The notes beneath the pieces are model-generated. The model did not search any database, had not been told where the DNA came from, and was given only the letters and a program-made list of their open reading frames with translations. Below are positions 10,213-19,881 of a DNA stretch of 64,000 nucleotides, piece by piece. Where the stretch lies: contig CAYRCM010000008.1 of assembly GCA_964422715.1 (NCBI GenBank), positions 1,894 to 65,893 on the forward strand, in the 5' to 3' direction. Numbering within the stretch: the stretch's first letter is position 1; each line of letters opens with the position of its first letter. This DNA comes from an uncultured Myxococcales bacterium (GTDB taxonomy: Bacteria > Myxococcota_A > UBA9042 > PWKZ01 > CAYRCM01). Position numbers and translations under genes: made by a program.

Positions 10213-12179
10213 TCCGTTTCCGCGATCTGCGTCTCCGGGGCAAACTCGGCATCACGTTTCTGGCCGTGGTGTTGCCGTTGCTCGCGGCCGAGCTGCTGGC
10301 CATCGCGCTCGTGGCCACGAGCCTGCGCGACGCCGCCGAAGTCGAACTCACGAACGTCGTGCACCACTTCTATCGGCTGTGCGACGCGCAGCATCTGCGC
10401 CAGGCGAGCCTCGGCCGGGAGCCCCACGGTGGGCCGAGCGCGGGCGACATCGCGTTCATCCGCGACGTCACGCGCTCGCTCAAAGTCGGCCAGACGGGAT
10501 ACGCCTACGCCATGACGCTCTCGGGCGACCTCGTGGTGCATCCGGTGCGCGAGGGCGTCAACATCGCGGACAGCCGCGATACCAAGGGGTTCCACTTCAT
10601 CCGGCACATGACCGCCGTGGCGCCGGCCTTGCCGCCCGGGGCTGTCGGCACCATCCGCTATCCCTGGCAGAACCCCGAGGCCGGCGAGCTGGCACCGCGC
10701 ATGAAGATCCTGAAGTACATGTACTTCAAGCCCTGGGGCTGGGTCATCGCGGCGGGCACCTACGAAGAAGAGGTCTTCGCCGCGGTCGGCCGGCTGTCGT
10801 TCTACACGGCCCCCCTCATCATCATGAGCGTCGTTTTGGTGGTGGTGCTGACCCTCGGGCTGAGCCGGCTCATCACGCGGCCGCTGCGGCGGCTCAGCGA
10901 GGCCGCGGCGCACATGGCGTCGGGCGACCTCCGCCACCGCGTGGCCGTGTCCGACGCGCAGGACGAAATCGCCTCGCTCGGCCGCGTCTTCGACGCCATG
11001 GCCGGCGAAATCGCCGAAAAGACCGCGGAAATGGAACGCCTCATCGACGAGCGCACGCGCGCGCTGCGCGAGTCGCGCGAAAAGTACAAGCGCCTCGTCG
11101 AGAGTTCCATCGACGGCATCGTCACGACCGACCTGAAGGGCATCGTCACGTTCGTCAACGGCAGTTTCGAGACGCTCGTCGGCCTGCCCCGCGAGTCCAT
11201 CCTCGGCCGCCCCATCTCCGAGTTCTACCGCCACGGGCGCGACCAGGCGCGCGCCATCATGCGGGAGTTGCGCCAGTCGGGCAGCATCCGCAGCCTGGAG
11301 ACCGAACTCGTCGCCGAAGGCCGGGTCATCCCCATCCGCACGTCGGCCTCCCTGCTGCGCGACGGTGAGGGCCGGGCCGACGGCACGCTCGGCATCTTCG
11401 CCGACATCACGGCCGAAAAAAAACTCGCCCAGGAGTTGCGCGAGGCCCAGGCCCACCTCGTGCAGAGCATGAAGCTGCGGGCACTCGGCGACCTGGTCTC
11501 GGGGGTGGCGCACGAGATCAACAACCCGCTCATGGCGTCGTCCACGACCCTGCACGTCATGCTCGCCGCGCCCTGCCCGGAAGGCTGCAAGAACCGAGGC
11601 CGCATGGACGTGCTCGTGCGCTGCAACGCGCGCATTGCGAAAATCGTCAACCACCTGCGCGAGTTCTCGCGGCAGGCCCCGCTCGAACACGCCCCGGTCG
11701 ACGTGCGCACGCCGGTCGAGAACGCGCTGCTCATCGTCGGCCAGCAACTGCTCAACCTCAACATCCGCGTCGAATCGGCGCTCGCGGCCGACCTGCCGCT
11801 CGTCCGTGGCGATCCGAACGCGCTCGAACAGGTGCTGCTCGACCTCATCGCCAACGCGCGCGACGCCATGGAGACCACCGTGGGCGAGCGCGTGCTGGCC
11901 GTACGCACGCGCGCGGCCACCCTCGACGGCGCCCCGGCGGTGGCCCTCGAACTCGAAGACAGCGGGCCGGGCATCCCGGCCGACATCCGCGACAAGATCT
12001 TCGAGCCCTTCTTCACGACGAAAGGGGTCGGCAAGGGCACCGGCCTCGGGCTCGCCATCGTGTACGGCATCGTGGCCGCGCACGGCGGCCGCATCGACGT
12101 CGCGAGTCCGCCGGGCAAGGGCGCCCGGTTCACCATCACGCTTCCCGCGGACGCCGCCCCGGCGCCCGCCGCCGCATAG
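10209..12179 (+). CDS. Sensor histidine kinase (TM-Cache-TM-HAMP-PAS-HisKA-HATPase), 656 aa
   Basis: GTGA overlap with acuC stop. Two TM segments, Cache-type GYAYAM..GDLVVHP and WGWVIAAG, HAMP (QDEIASL), PAS (DGIVTTD..G), H-box AHEINNPL, DSGPGI, FEPFFTTK, GTGLGL. Confidence 0.9.
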   Translation: MIRFRDLRLRGKLGITFLAVVLPLLAAELLAIALVATSLRDAAEVELTNVVHHFYRLCDAQHLRQASLGREPHGGPSAGDIAFIRDVTRSLKVGQTGYAYAMTLSGDLVVHPVREGVNIADSRDTKGFHFIRHMTAVAPALPPGAVGTIRYPWQNPEAGELAPRMKILKYMYFKPWGWVIAAGTYEEEVFAAVGRLSFYTAPLIIMSVVLVVVLTLGLSRLITRPLRRLSEAAAHMASGDLRHRVAVSDAQDEIASLGRVFDAMAGEIAEKTAEMERLIDERTRALRESREKYKRLVESSIDGIVTTDLKGIVTFVNGSFETLVGLPRESILGRPISEFYRHGRDQARAIMRELRQSGSIRSLETELVAEGRVIPIRTSASLLRDGEGRADGTLGIFADITAEKKLAQELREAQAHLVQSMKLRALGDLVSGVAHEINNPLMASSTTLHVMLAAPCPEGCKNRGRMDVLVRCNARIAKIVNHLREFSRQAPLEHAPVDVRTPVENALLIVGQQLLNLNIRVESALAADLPLVRGDPNALEQVLLDLIANARDAMETTVGERVLAVRTRAATLDGAPAVALELEDSGPGIPADIRDKIFEPFFTTKGVGKGTGLGLAIVYGIVAAHGGRIDVASPPGKGARFTITLPADAAPAPAAA

Positions 12180-12191
12180 GAGGGCCCGCGC

Positions 12192-12569
12192 ATGGCTCAA
12201 CGCATCTTGCTCATCGACGACGACGAACTCGTGCTGCTCTCGCTCGAAGACCTCCTCACGGCCGAAGGCTTCGCCGTCGACACCGCCAGCCAGGGGGCGG
12301 CCGGCCTCGCGAAAGCGCAGGCCACCCGCTACGACTTGGTGGTGCTCGACGTCATCATGCCCGGCATGTCGGGCTTCGAGGTGTGCCGCGCTCTGCGCGC
12401 CCTGCCCGACTACGCGGGCGTGCCCGTCATCATGCTGACCGCGAAGAGTGGTGAGGCCGACCGTGCCCAGGGCCTGGCGATGGGCGCGAGCCACTTCCTG
12501 CCGAAACCGACCGACCCGTTCCGGCTGCTGAATCTCATCCAGGAAGCGCTGCGCACCCTTCCGGCGTAG
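12192..12569 (+). CDS. Single-domain response regulator (CheY-like)
   Basis: LIDDD, phosphoacceptor LDVIMP, MLTA, FLPKP; GGAG RBS. Confidence 0.92.
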   Translation: MAQRILLIDDDELVLLSLEDLLTAEGFAVDTASQGAAGLAKAQATRYDLVVLDVIMPGMSGFEVCRALRALPDYAGVPVIMLTAKSGEADRAQGLAMGASHFLPKPTDPFRLLNLIQEALRTLPA

Positions 12570-12584
12570 CCCGCCGCCGTGCCA

Positions 12585-13385
12585 TCAGGCGGGGGGCTCT
12601 GCGGGCCACGGCTTGCGGAAGCCGAGGCCCCGGGCCCCGGCCGGCCCGTATCGCACCGATTCGAGGAACAACCCGTGCGCGGGTGCCGTGGGGCCGGCGG
12701 CCGTGCGGTCGCCGGACACGAGCAGCGCGCCGAGACTCTGCGGGCTGCGCCGCCCGCGGCCCACATCGACGAGGGTGCCGACGACGATGCGCACCATGTT
12801 GCGCAAGAACGCGTTGGCCGAGATGCGCACGCGCACGAGGCCCGGTTCGGGTTCGCCCACGCAGAGTTCAGTGACCAGCCGTCGGGTGCTGCGGCTGTCG
12901 CAGTGGGCCGCGCGAAACGCCGAGAAGTCGTGGTCGCCGAGCAGCTCGGCGGCAGCGGCCGCCATGGCCGCGCGGTCGAGCGGGAAGGCCACGTACCAGG
13001 CGGTGCGGGCGCAGAGCGGGGCGCGCACGGGGCCGTTCCAGAGGTCGTAGCGGTACGTCTTGCCGATGGTGTCGGCCCGGGCGTCGAAGGCGAGGTCGAC
13101 CTCGCACGCGTCCTGGACCGCGATGTCGGGGGGCAGGAGGCTGTTCAGACCGGCGCGCAGGCCACGCTCGGGAATGCGCGAATCCGTCATGAAATTGCAG
13201 GGATAGGAGATGGCATGCACGCCAGCGTCGGTGCGGCTCGAACCCGTGAGGCGGGGACGCGGCTCGCCGAGCAGGGTTGCGAGCGCCGCGCGGACCGTGC
13301 CCTGCACCGTGGGATCGTGAGCCTGTTCCTGCCAGCCGTGGTAGGCCGTGCCGTCGAATTGCAGCGTGAGCAGGATGTTGCGCAT
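12585..13385 (-). CDS. truA: tRNA pseudouridine(38-40) synthase TruA
   Basis: FDGTAYHGWQ, SSRTDAGVHA, FDAR, YRY, HDFSAF, NAFLRNMVR, TAPAHGLFL. Confidence 0.95.
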   Translation of the reverse strand: MRNILLTLQFDGTAYHGWQEQAHDPTVQGTVRAALATLLGEPRPRLTGSSRTDAGVHAISYPCNFMTDSRIPERGLRAGLNSLLPPDIAVQDACEVDLAFDARADTIGKTYRYDLWNGPVRAPLCARTAWYVAFPLDRAAMAAAAAELLGDHDFSAFRAAHCDSRSTRRLVTELCVGEPEPGLVRVRISANAFLRNMVRIVVGTLVDVGRGRRSPQSLGALLVSGDRTAAGPTAPAHGLFLESVRYGPAGARGLGFRKPWPAEPPA

Positions 13386-13410
13386 GGTGGGGCCGACGGG
13401 GACACGCTCG

Positions 13411-14202
13411 CTAGAACTCGAAGGCGATGCCGAAGAGGAACGTGCCGTCGGAGAGCCGGATGCTGTTGCCCTGGCCGAAGTCGTCGGCGCCAAGGTAGAC
13501 GTATTCGGCAAACAGGAAGGAGTTGTTGACGCCGACCTCGATGTCGAACGTCGCCGCCATGGTCGGGGCGAAAACGTCGAGCAGGAAGGCCAGGCCGGCC
13601 CCGGCATGCCAGCCCCACACCCCGCCGCGCGCGAGCCGCGTCTTGCCGGAACCGCTGGCCCAGTCGGAGATGTCGCCGTTGTCGTCGGTGGCCCACCACA
13701 CGACGTAGTCGAAGCCGGCCTTGACGTAGGGCACGAGCGGCACCGAGAAGCGTTCGGCCAGGTAGTCGAAGCGATAGACGAGGCTCAGCATGAACGGCAT
13801 GACGTAGAGATCGCTCTCGTCGCTGCCGCGCACCGCGTCGCCCGCGTAGGGATCGTAGGAGGTCAGGCTGTGGCCGGAGACGTTCGAGAACCCCACGCCG
13901 AAGCCAACGGCCAGCGAGCCCACGGCCTGGAAGAACTGCACCTCGAAGCCGAGTTGCGTCATGAGCACGCTGCTGCTGCCGAACACGTCTTTGAAGGGCC
14001 GGGCGCGCTTGAACTCGGAGTCGACCTCGGGCAGGTAGGGCCCGAACTTGACTTCGAGCAGGAAACGGCGCGGGCTCGCGGCATAGTTCTGGGTGGAGTC
14101 GGCCAGGTCGGCGGCCGCGATTTCGTCGGCCCGGAGCGGCGCACGAACGACGAGAAGCGTGCCGACGAGGGCCGCGAGCACGGGAATGCGGCGGGTCTTC
14201 AA
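13411..14202 (-). CDS. Small outer-membrane beta-barrel protein, MXAN_2562-like (263 aa)
   Basis: TTG start overlapping the upstream stop (TTGA), with AGGAGG RBS. Signal peptide, amphipathic strands (EVKFGPYLP, YRFDYL, PYVKAG) and terminal Phe (IAFEF). Family name is from recall. Confidence 0.75.
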   Translation of the reverse strand: MKTRRIPVLAALVGTLLVVRAPLRADEIAAADLADSTQNYAASPRRFLLEVKFGPYLPEVDSEFKRARPFKDVFGSSSVLMTQLGFEVQFFQAVGSLAVGFGVGFSNVSGHSLTSYDPYAGDAVRGSDESDLYVMPFMLSLVYRFDYLAERFSVPLVPYVKAGFDYVVWWATDDNGDISDWASGSGKTRLARGGVWGWHAGAGLAFLLDVFAPTMAATFDIEVGVNNSFLFAEYVYLGADDFGQGNSIRLSDGTFLFGIAFEF

Positions 14203-15440
14203 CGAACCCCTCCTCTGCGGAAGGCCCACGGCAGGGCGGGCAGGGCCAGGCGCCGCCGGCGCCACTGCGTGGCGGCGAGCCAGAAGGCGAGCACGAGCGC
14301 GAGCTGCCCAACCGGCGGCACGTCGACGAGGAACCACGCCCCGACGACGAGCGGCACGAGGGCCACCTGCACGACGAGCCGCAGCAGCGGATGCGTGCGA
14401 ATGAACCGCGCGAGCGGGGGGCTGTTTTCGTAGTACCAGGCCACGAAGTCGCGGCCCCAGGCGCTCTGCATGAGCCAGCCGTCGCGGAACCGGCGCAACG
14501 TATCGACGAAGGGGTGCAGGGGCGTGCCGTAGGCGGCCGTGGCGACGAAGCAGAAGCCGCCCGGCTCGCCGCCGCCGGCGTCCTTGTAGGCTTCGAAGAA
14601 GTCGGTGACGGGCTGCGGCTGCCCCATGACCGGCGTCGAGAGGGCGCTCTCGTTGTCGTTTTCGTCGAAGGTCGTGGCGCGCACGTAGTACCACTGGCCG
14701 TCGCTCAAGCCGGAGATCTTGTAGCTGCTCGTGGAAAACGAGCCGGACGACGAGACGCCGGCATCGTCGGGGCTCGAAAACTCGTTCTGCGCCCAGTGCA
14801 ACTCGTAGCGCACGTCGTCGTCTTCGCCGACCGAATCGGGGTTTTCGAGGGTGACGCGCAGTCCCCCTTCGCCGGCCTCGATCTCGGTGATGAGCGGCGG
14901 GTCGGGCGGCTCGAGGTCGACGGTGAAGGCGATCTGTTCGGAGTAGTAGGTGTCGCCGAGATTGTCGAAGAGCACGATGTAGACGCGCACCGTGTACGAC
15001 GAGCCGAGAGCGCACGTGTCGCCGAGAATGTCCGCCATGTCGATCGTGAAGACGCGATCGGCGGCGACGGTGGCATCGCCGTCGTCGACGAGAATCTGGC
15101 ATTCGCCGGCTTCCCAGTCGTTGGCGCTGCACGTCTTGTCGGGGCCCGAAAGCTTGGCCATGTAGCTGTCGTCGGCCCCGACCGGGATGGTGTACGACCA
15201 GGCCACCTCGATCTGGCCGCCGAGATAGGCCTGGCAGTCGCTCTGGTTGATGATGTGTTCTTCGGCCCCGGCCGTTCGGCCGATGCGGTTGTCGAGGTCG
15301 AGATCGTCGAGCCCCTGGATGGAGTCGACCTGGAAGCCCTCGATGTCGCCCGCCGCCGCGCCCCGGCCTGCAAGCAGGCAGGCGCTCATGAACAGCAGCG
15401 CAAACGCGCGCCGCCCGTACGCAATGCTGACCCCCGACAT
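14199..15440 (-). CDS. Exported acidic protein with FN3-like domain and C-terminal CFI-box-CTERM sorting domain (413 aa)
   Basis: GAGG RBS and signal peptide. FN3-like (ISGLSDGQWYYVRATTFD..NES). C-terminal CFVATAAYG...LRRFRD..L...GR.FVAWYY..SPPLA motif followed by TM and basic tail. Confidence 0.82.
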   Translation of the reverse strand: MSGVSIAYGRRAFALLFMSACLLAGRGAAAGDIEGFQVDSIQGLDDLDLDNRIGRTAGAEEHIINQSDCQAYLGGQIEVAWSYTIPVGADDSYMAKLSGPDKTCSANDWEAGECQILVDDGDATVAADRVFTIDMADILGDTCALGSSYTVRVYIVLFDNLGDTYYSEQIAFTVDLEPPDPPLITEIEAGEGGLRVTLENPDSVGEDDDVRYELHWAQNEFSSPDDAGVSSSGSFSTSSYKISGLSDGQWYYVRATTFDENDNESALSTPVMGQPQPVTDFFEAYKDAGGGEPGGFCFVATAAYGTPLHPFVDTLRRFRDGWLMQSAWGRDFVAWYYENSPPLARFIRTHPLLRLVVQVALVPLVVGAWFLVDVPPVGQLALVLAFWLAATQWRRRRLALPALPWAFRRGGVR

Positions 15441-15677
15441 GCTCACCTCATGGCGACCCGCTGGTCGCAGCCCCCCACCGGAGACTTCGGCGCGCAGAGT
15501 AGCAGGTTTCGTGCCATCGAAAAAGGCCCCGTTGCGCCCTCGTTTGCATCGGGGAGGTCCCCTTCGTCGCGAGGCGGCAGGCCCGGCAACGCTGCCAAAC
15601 GGGCGCGGCGGCGCGCCGCCGGGGAAAAAAACCTGCCAAATTGGCAAAGCCGACCCGCGGTGGGGCGTTCCACTGCA

Positions 15678-16703
15678 CTAGAGACCGCTTGCGACGAGCG
15701 ACTGCGCGGTGGCGAGCGCGTTGAGGGCGCAGAGCCGCAGGTTGTCGTAGCTCGCCACGAGCCAGAAGCCGCGCGCGACGGAGCGGTCGGGCCGCAACCG
15801 GCCGACGAACACCTCGTCTCGCTCGGCGGCGGCGACCGGCGTAGGGTACCCGTCGGCGGCCGGCTCGTCGACCAGTTCGACGCCGGGCGCGGCTTCGAGT
15901 GCGGCCTGCAGTTCGTCGCGGGCGAGCGCGGTGCCGAGCTGCAGCGCCACGACGGCCGTCTGGCCACTGAACATGGGCACGAAGAGCGCCGTGACGTCGA
16001 CCGGCAGCCGCGGCAGTTCGAGCAGCGCCCGCAACTCGTCGCCGCACCGCGCCTCGTAGTCGCTCGGCGCGCCGGTCTGGGCCGCGCCGACGAGCGGCAG
16101 CGTGTTGAAGGCGAGCGGCTGCGTGAATTCCTTCAGCAAATAGGGCCGCCCGTTGAGGATGCCGACGACCTGCGCCGAGAGGTCGGCCATGGCCGCCTGA
16201 CCGCGGGCACTCGCCCCGAGGCAGAGCGTCGCGGCGACCCGTTCGAGCCCGCCGGCCGCGGCGAGGGGGCCGAGCACCCGTGCGAGCGGCCCGGCGGCCG
16301 TGGTCGGCAGCCGGAGCAGCGTCGGCGCCAGGGCCGGCGCCGGACGTCCGAGCAGCCCGAGGGCTGGCGCCCCCGCGGCGCCGAGCCCCGCGGGGGCGGC
16401 GCCGCCGGAAAGGTCGATCACGACGGCCCCGGCCCGCTGCCAGGGCGCGGCGTGCGCCGCTGCAACGTCGGGCGGCGTGCAGAAGAACACGAGGTCGGCC
16501 GCGGGCTGGGCCGGCGGGAACACCTTGACCACGACGCTCTCGTCGTGCACCTGGCGCGTTTCGCCGGCCGAGCGGGCGGAGGCGTAGAGGTCGAGTTGGC
16601 GGAGCGGGAAACGCCGTTCGACGAGCAGGTTCACGAGCTCGCGGCCGATGGCGCCCGTGGCGCCCACGACGGCGACGTGCAGTTCGCGGCCACCGAGTCC
16701 CAT
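15678..16703 (-). CDS. Aspartate-semialdehyde dehydrogenase-like protein (Usg-like), apparently lacking catalytic residues
   Basis: VAVVGATGAIGRE Rossmann motif, ASARSAG, LAFNTLP, VPMFSGQ, YDNLRLCA. The NPNC motif is replaced by LPTT. Confidence 0.8.
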   Translation of the reverse strand: MGLGGRELHVAVVGATGAIGRELVNLLVERRFPLRQLDLYASARSAGETRQVHDESVVVKVFPPAQPAADLVFFCTPPDVAAAHAAPWQRAGAVVIDLSGGAAPAGLGAAGAPALGLLGRPAPALAPTLLRLPTTAAGPLARVLGPLAAAGGLERVAATLCLGASARGQAAMADLSAQVVGILNGRPYLLKEFTQPLAFNTLPLVGAAQTGAPSDYEARCGDELRALLELPRLPVDVTALFVPMFSGQTAVVALQLGTALARDELQAALEAAPGVELVDEPAADGYPTPVAAAERDEVFVGRLRPDRSVARGFWLVASYDNLRLCALNALATAQSLVASGL

Positions 16704-16908
16704 GCTGCACCTCCTTGCGGCTCCCGCGCTGCGGCGGTGCCGGCCGGTCGGGACCGGACCGCGGGGGCCGCGCCCGGCACCGGGCCGCGGATTTGCGCAC
16801 CCCGCATTCGGGGCGGGCGGCGGCGATCATGCCCCAGGGCGCTCCGCCGAAGCAAGCCGCGCGGGCGCGCGCTTTGAAGCCCGGCGTGGCTGTGGTATCG
16901 GTGGGCGC

Positions 16909-19809
16909 ATGGTGAGGCCCGCGCGGCACCGGTTCCTGTGGCTGACGGCGTGGCTCGTGGCGGCCGCCACGGGGCCCGCCGCGGCCATCCAGGACCCGGC
17001 GCTGCGCTGGCAGACGCTCGCCACCCCGCATTTCAACGTGCATTTCCCCGACGGCGGCGAAGCGCTCGCGCGCCGGCTCGCCGGCATTGCCGAGGAGTCG
17101 CACGGGCTGCTCACCCGCGCGCTCGCCACCGAACCGTCCGAGCGCACCGAACTGGTGCTCGTCGACGACGTCGATACCGCCAACGGCTGGACGCGCGCCT
17201 ATCCCTACAACCAAATCCTGCTGTACGCCCACCCGCCCGAGGCCGACAACGAACTCGGGCGCTACGACAACTACCTGCGCGAGCTGTTCATCCACGAATA
17301 CACACACTTGCTGCACCTCGACCAGGTGGCCGGGCTGCCGCGCGGGCTGAACCGCGTGTTCGGCAAGACCTTCCTGCCGAACAACCTCATGCCCGGCTGG
17401 TACATCGAGGGCATCGCGACGCTCGTCGAGACCGAGTTCACGGGCGGCGGGCGCATTGGCAGCGCGCAGTACGACATGCTGCTGCGCACGGCCGTGCTCG
17501 AAGGCACGTTTCTCGACCTCCCGCAGATCACCGACACGCCGCTGACGCGGCCGCGGGGCCAGGTGCCCTACCTCTACGGGTCCTACTTCCTGAAGTACGT
17601 GCGCGACCGCTTCGGCTTCGAGGCGCTCGTCAAGGTGCACCGCGAGTACGCGAAACGGCTCATCCCCTTTGCGGTCAACCTGGTGGCGCGGCGCGCCACG
17701 GGCCATTCGTTCGTGGAACTCTACGCCGACTGGAAGCGCGAACTCACGGCCGAGGTGGGGCGCACGGCCGCCCGGGTGCGCGCGGCCGGCCTCATCGAGG
17801 GACGCCGCCTCACGCGCACGAGCGAAGGGCACGAGAGCCCACGCTACGCGCGCGACGGCCGGCGGGTGCTGTACATCGACTCGACGGGCCGGGCGCGCCA
17901 GAACGTGCGGGTGCTCGATCTTGCCACAGGCCGCGAGACGCCGCTGTTCGCGTGCGAGGGCAGCTGCCAGCGCGTGACCTGGGGCCCGACGGGGGCCGGC
18001 GTCTTCGTGGCCGCGCACGATTTCTTCGGGCGCTACCGCTTCTTTCGCGACCTGTTCGTCTGGACGCCGGGCACCGCGGGCCTCGTCCGCGTCACGGAGG
18101 GAGCGCGGGTGCGCGAGCCCGACCTGGCGCCCGACGGCCGCCAACTCGTCTACGTGACGAACGCCTGGGGCCAGACGCAGCTTGTGCTGCACGACCTGGG
18201 GCTCGGGCGGCAACGCGGGCTGCCGGCCCCCGACAGCGACGTCCAGTACGCCTCACCCCGCTTCTCGCCCGACGGCCGGCAACTCGCCTATTCGGCGTGG
18301 CTGCCCACGACCGGGCAGCGCGACATCTACGTGCGCGACCTCGCAACGGGGGCCGAGCGACGCCTCACGGCCGACGCGGCGCTCGACCTCGACCCGGCCT
18401 GGGCACCCGACGGGAGCACCCTGTTCTTCGCCTCCGACCGGGGCGGCATCTCCAACATCCACGCGCTCCGGCTGGCCGACGGGGCGCGTTTCCAGGTCAC
18501 GAACGTGCTCGGCGGGGCCTTCGAGCCCGACGTGCACCCGGCGGGCGACCGCCTCGTCTACTTGAGCTATCACGCCACGGGCTACGACCTCTACGAACTG
18601 CCGCTCGTGCCGGCCACGTGGCGCCCGGTCGGCCCCGCGGGCGAGCTGGCTGGGGCGCCGCCGCCGGCCCCGTACCTGCCGCCCTCGTACGCCGGCCCGG
18701 CCAAACCCTATCGCGCCTGGCGCAGCGCCTGGCCGCATGCCTGGCGCCCCACCTATCTGTTCAGCGCCGACGGGCTCGCCGAACTCGGTGCCGAAATCCA
18801 GGGCAGCGACGCCCTCGGCCGTCACGCCTACGCCACGGCGGTCTCGTTCGACCTGCCGCGCCAGCGGGTGGGCGTCGCCGCGAGCTACGCGTACGACGCG
18901 CTGCCGGTTGTGCTGTCGACGTCGCTCGCGCACGCCACCTACGACCAGTACGCGTTTTTCAGCGACGAACTGTTCACGTTCGACGAGCAAGCCGTGGCGT
19001 TGGCCCTCGGGCTCAGCCTGCCGCTGCCGCACCCGCGCCGCGCCTTCGCCCTCAGTTCCACCTTCAACGTGCGCTATGCGGTGCAGCGCGGCCGCCCGCG
19101 CGTGCGGCACGACCCGGCCGAGCTCGAGCCCGTCATCCCGCGCTCGGGCTGGCTCGTCGGCGCAAGCTTCGGCTGGGCCTACGACGACACCGAATCGTAC
19201 ACGTACAGCATCTCGCCCGAGCGCGGCCGCTCGCTCTCGATGCGCCTCTCGGTCAACCACCCGGCGCTCGGCAGCCAGTTTCGCACGGTCGCCGCCCGGC
19301 TCGCGTACACCGAGTACGTGCCCATGCCGTGGCCGGGTCAGCACGTGCTCGTGCTCGGGTACAACGGGGGGGTCGCCGCCGGCGATCGGGGCTACCGCCC
19401 GGGCTACGCGCTCGGCGGGCTGCCCGAGCAGGACCTGCTCGTGGCGCTGCTCAACAACGAGGGGCTGAGCGGCCTCTTCCTGCGCGGCTACAGCCCGAAC
19501 CGCTTCGCGGGCCTGCACTTTCACCTCGTCAACGCCGAGTACCGGCTGCCGTTTTTCAACATCTACCGCGGGGTCGACACCTTTCCCCTCTACGCGCGGC
19601 GGCTGACGGCGGCGTTTTTCACCGACGTCGGCACGGCCTACCGGGACCGCTTCGCCTGGGACGCGCTCAAGGTCGGCATCGGCGCCGAACTGCGCCTGCA
19701 GCTCGACCTGTTCTACGGACAGCCGACGCATATCCGCCTCGGCTTCGCGCGGGGCGTCATGGCCGAAGGCGAAACGCAGGTCTACCTGGTCCTCGGCCCG
19801 GCGCCCTGA
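16909..19809 (+). CDS. Omp85-superfamily outer-membrane protein with N-terminal zincin metallopeptidase domain and PD40/TolB-like beta-propeller (966 aa)
   Basis: Signal peptide; HEYTH plus WYIEG; repeated PxxSPDGxxLxY/F motifs; barrel motifs LRGY and FTDVG. Start uncertain (16648-16909). Confidence 0.8.
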   Translation: MVRPARHRFLWLTAWLVAAATGPAAAIQDPALRWQTLATPHFNVHFPDGGEALARRLAGIAEESHGLLTRALATEPSERTELVLVDDVDTANGWTRAYPYNQILLYAHPPEADNELGRYDNYLRELFIHEYTHLLHLDQVAGLPRGLNRVFGKTFLPNNLMPGWYIEGIATLVETEFTGGGRIGSAQYDMLLRTAVLEGTFLDLPQITDTPLTRPRGQVPYLYGSYFLKYVRDRFGFEALVKVHREYAKRLIPFAVNLVARRATGHSFVELYADWKRELTAEVGRTAARVRAAGLIEGRRLTRTSEGHESPRYARDGRRVLYIDSTGRARQNVRVLDLATGRETPLFACEGSCQRVTWGPTGAGVFVAAHDFFGRYRFFRDLFVWTPGTAGLVRVTEGARVREPDLAPDGRQLVYVTNAWGQTQLVLHDLGLGRQRGLPAPDSDVQYASPRFSPDGRQLAYSAWLPTTGQRDIYVRDLATGAERRLTADAALDLDPAWAPDGSTLFFASDRGGISNIHALRLADGARFQVTNVLGGAFEPDVHPAGDRLVYLSYHATGYDLYELPLVPATWRPVGPAGELAGAPPPAPYLPPSYAGPAKPYRAWRSAWPHAWRPTYLFSADGLAELGAEIQGSDALGRHAYATAVSFDLPRQRVGVAASYAYDALPVVLSTSLAHATYDQYAFFSDELFTFDEQAVALALGLSLPLPHPRRAFALSSTFNVRYAVQRGRPRVRHDPAELEPVIPRSGWLVGASFGWAYDDTESYTYSISPERGRSLSMRLSVNHPALGSQFRTVAARLAYTEYVPMPWPGQHVLVLGYNGGVAAGDRGYRPGYALGGLPEQDLLVALLNNEGLSGLFLRGYSPNRFAGLHFHLVNAEYRLPFFNIYRGVDTFPLYARRLTAAFFTDVGTAYRDRFAWDALKVGIGAELRLQLDLFYGQPTHIRLGFARGVMAEGETQVYLVLGPAP

Positions 19810-19814
19810 GCGCC

Positions 19815-19870
19815 GCCCCGCGGGGGACCCTGCCCTCCCGTCCGGCCGCGCGGCCGGACGCGCGCGGGGC
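19815..19870. terminator. GC-rich stem-loop containing a perfect 22-bp palindrome (19839-19860); possible terminator or insulator
   Basis: CGTCCGGCCGCGCGGCCGGACG is self-complementary, and GCCCCGCG/CGCGGGGC pair outside it. No U-tract. Confidence 0.35.
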
Positions 19871-19881
19871 GCTCCGGTCGT

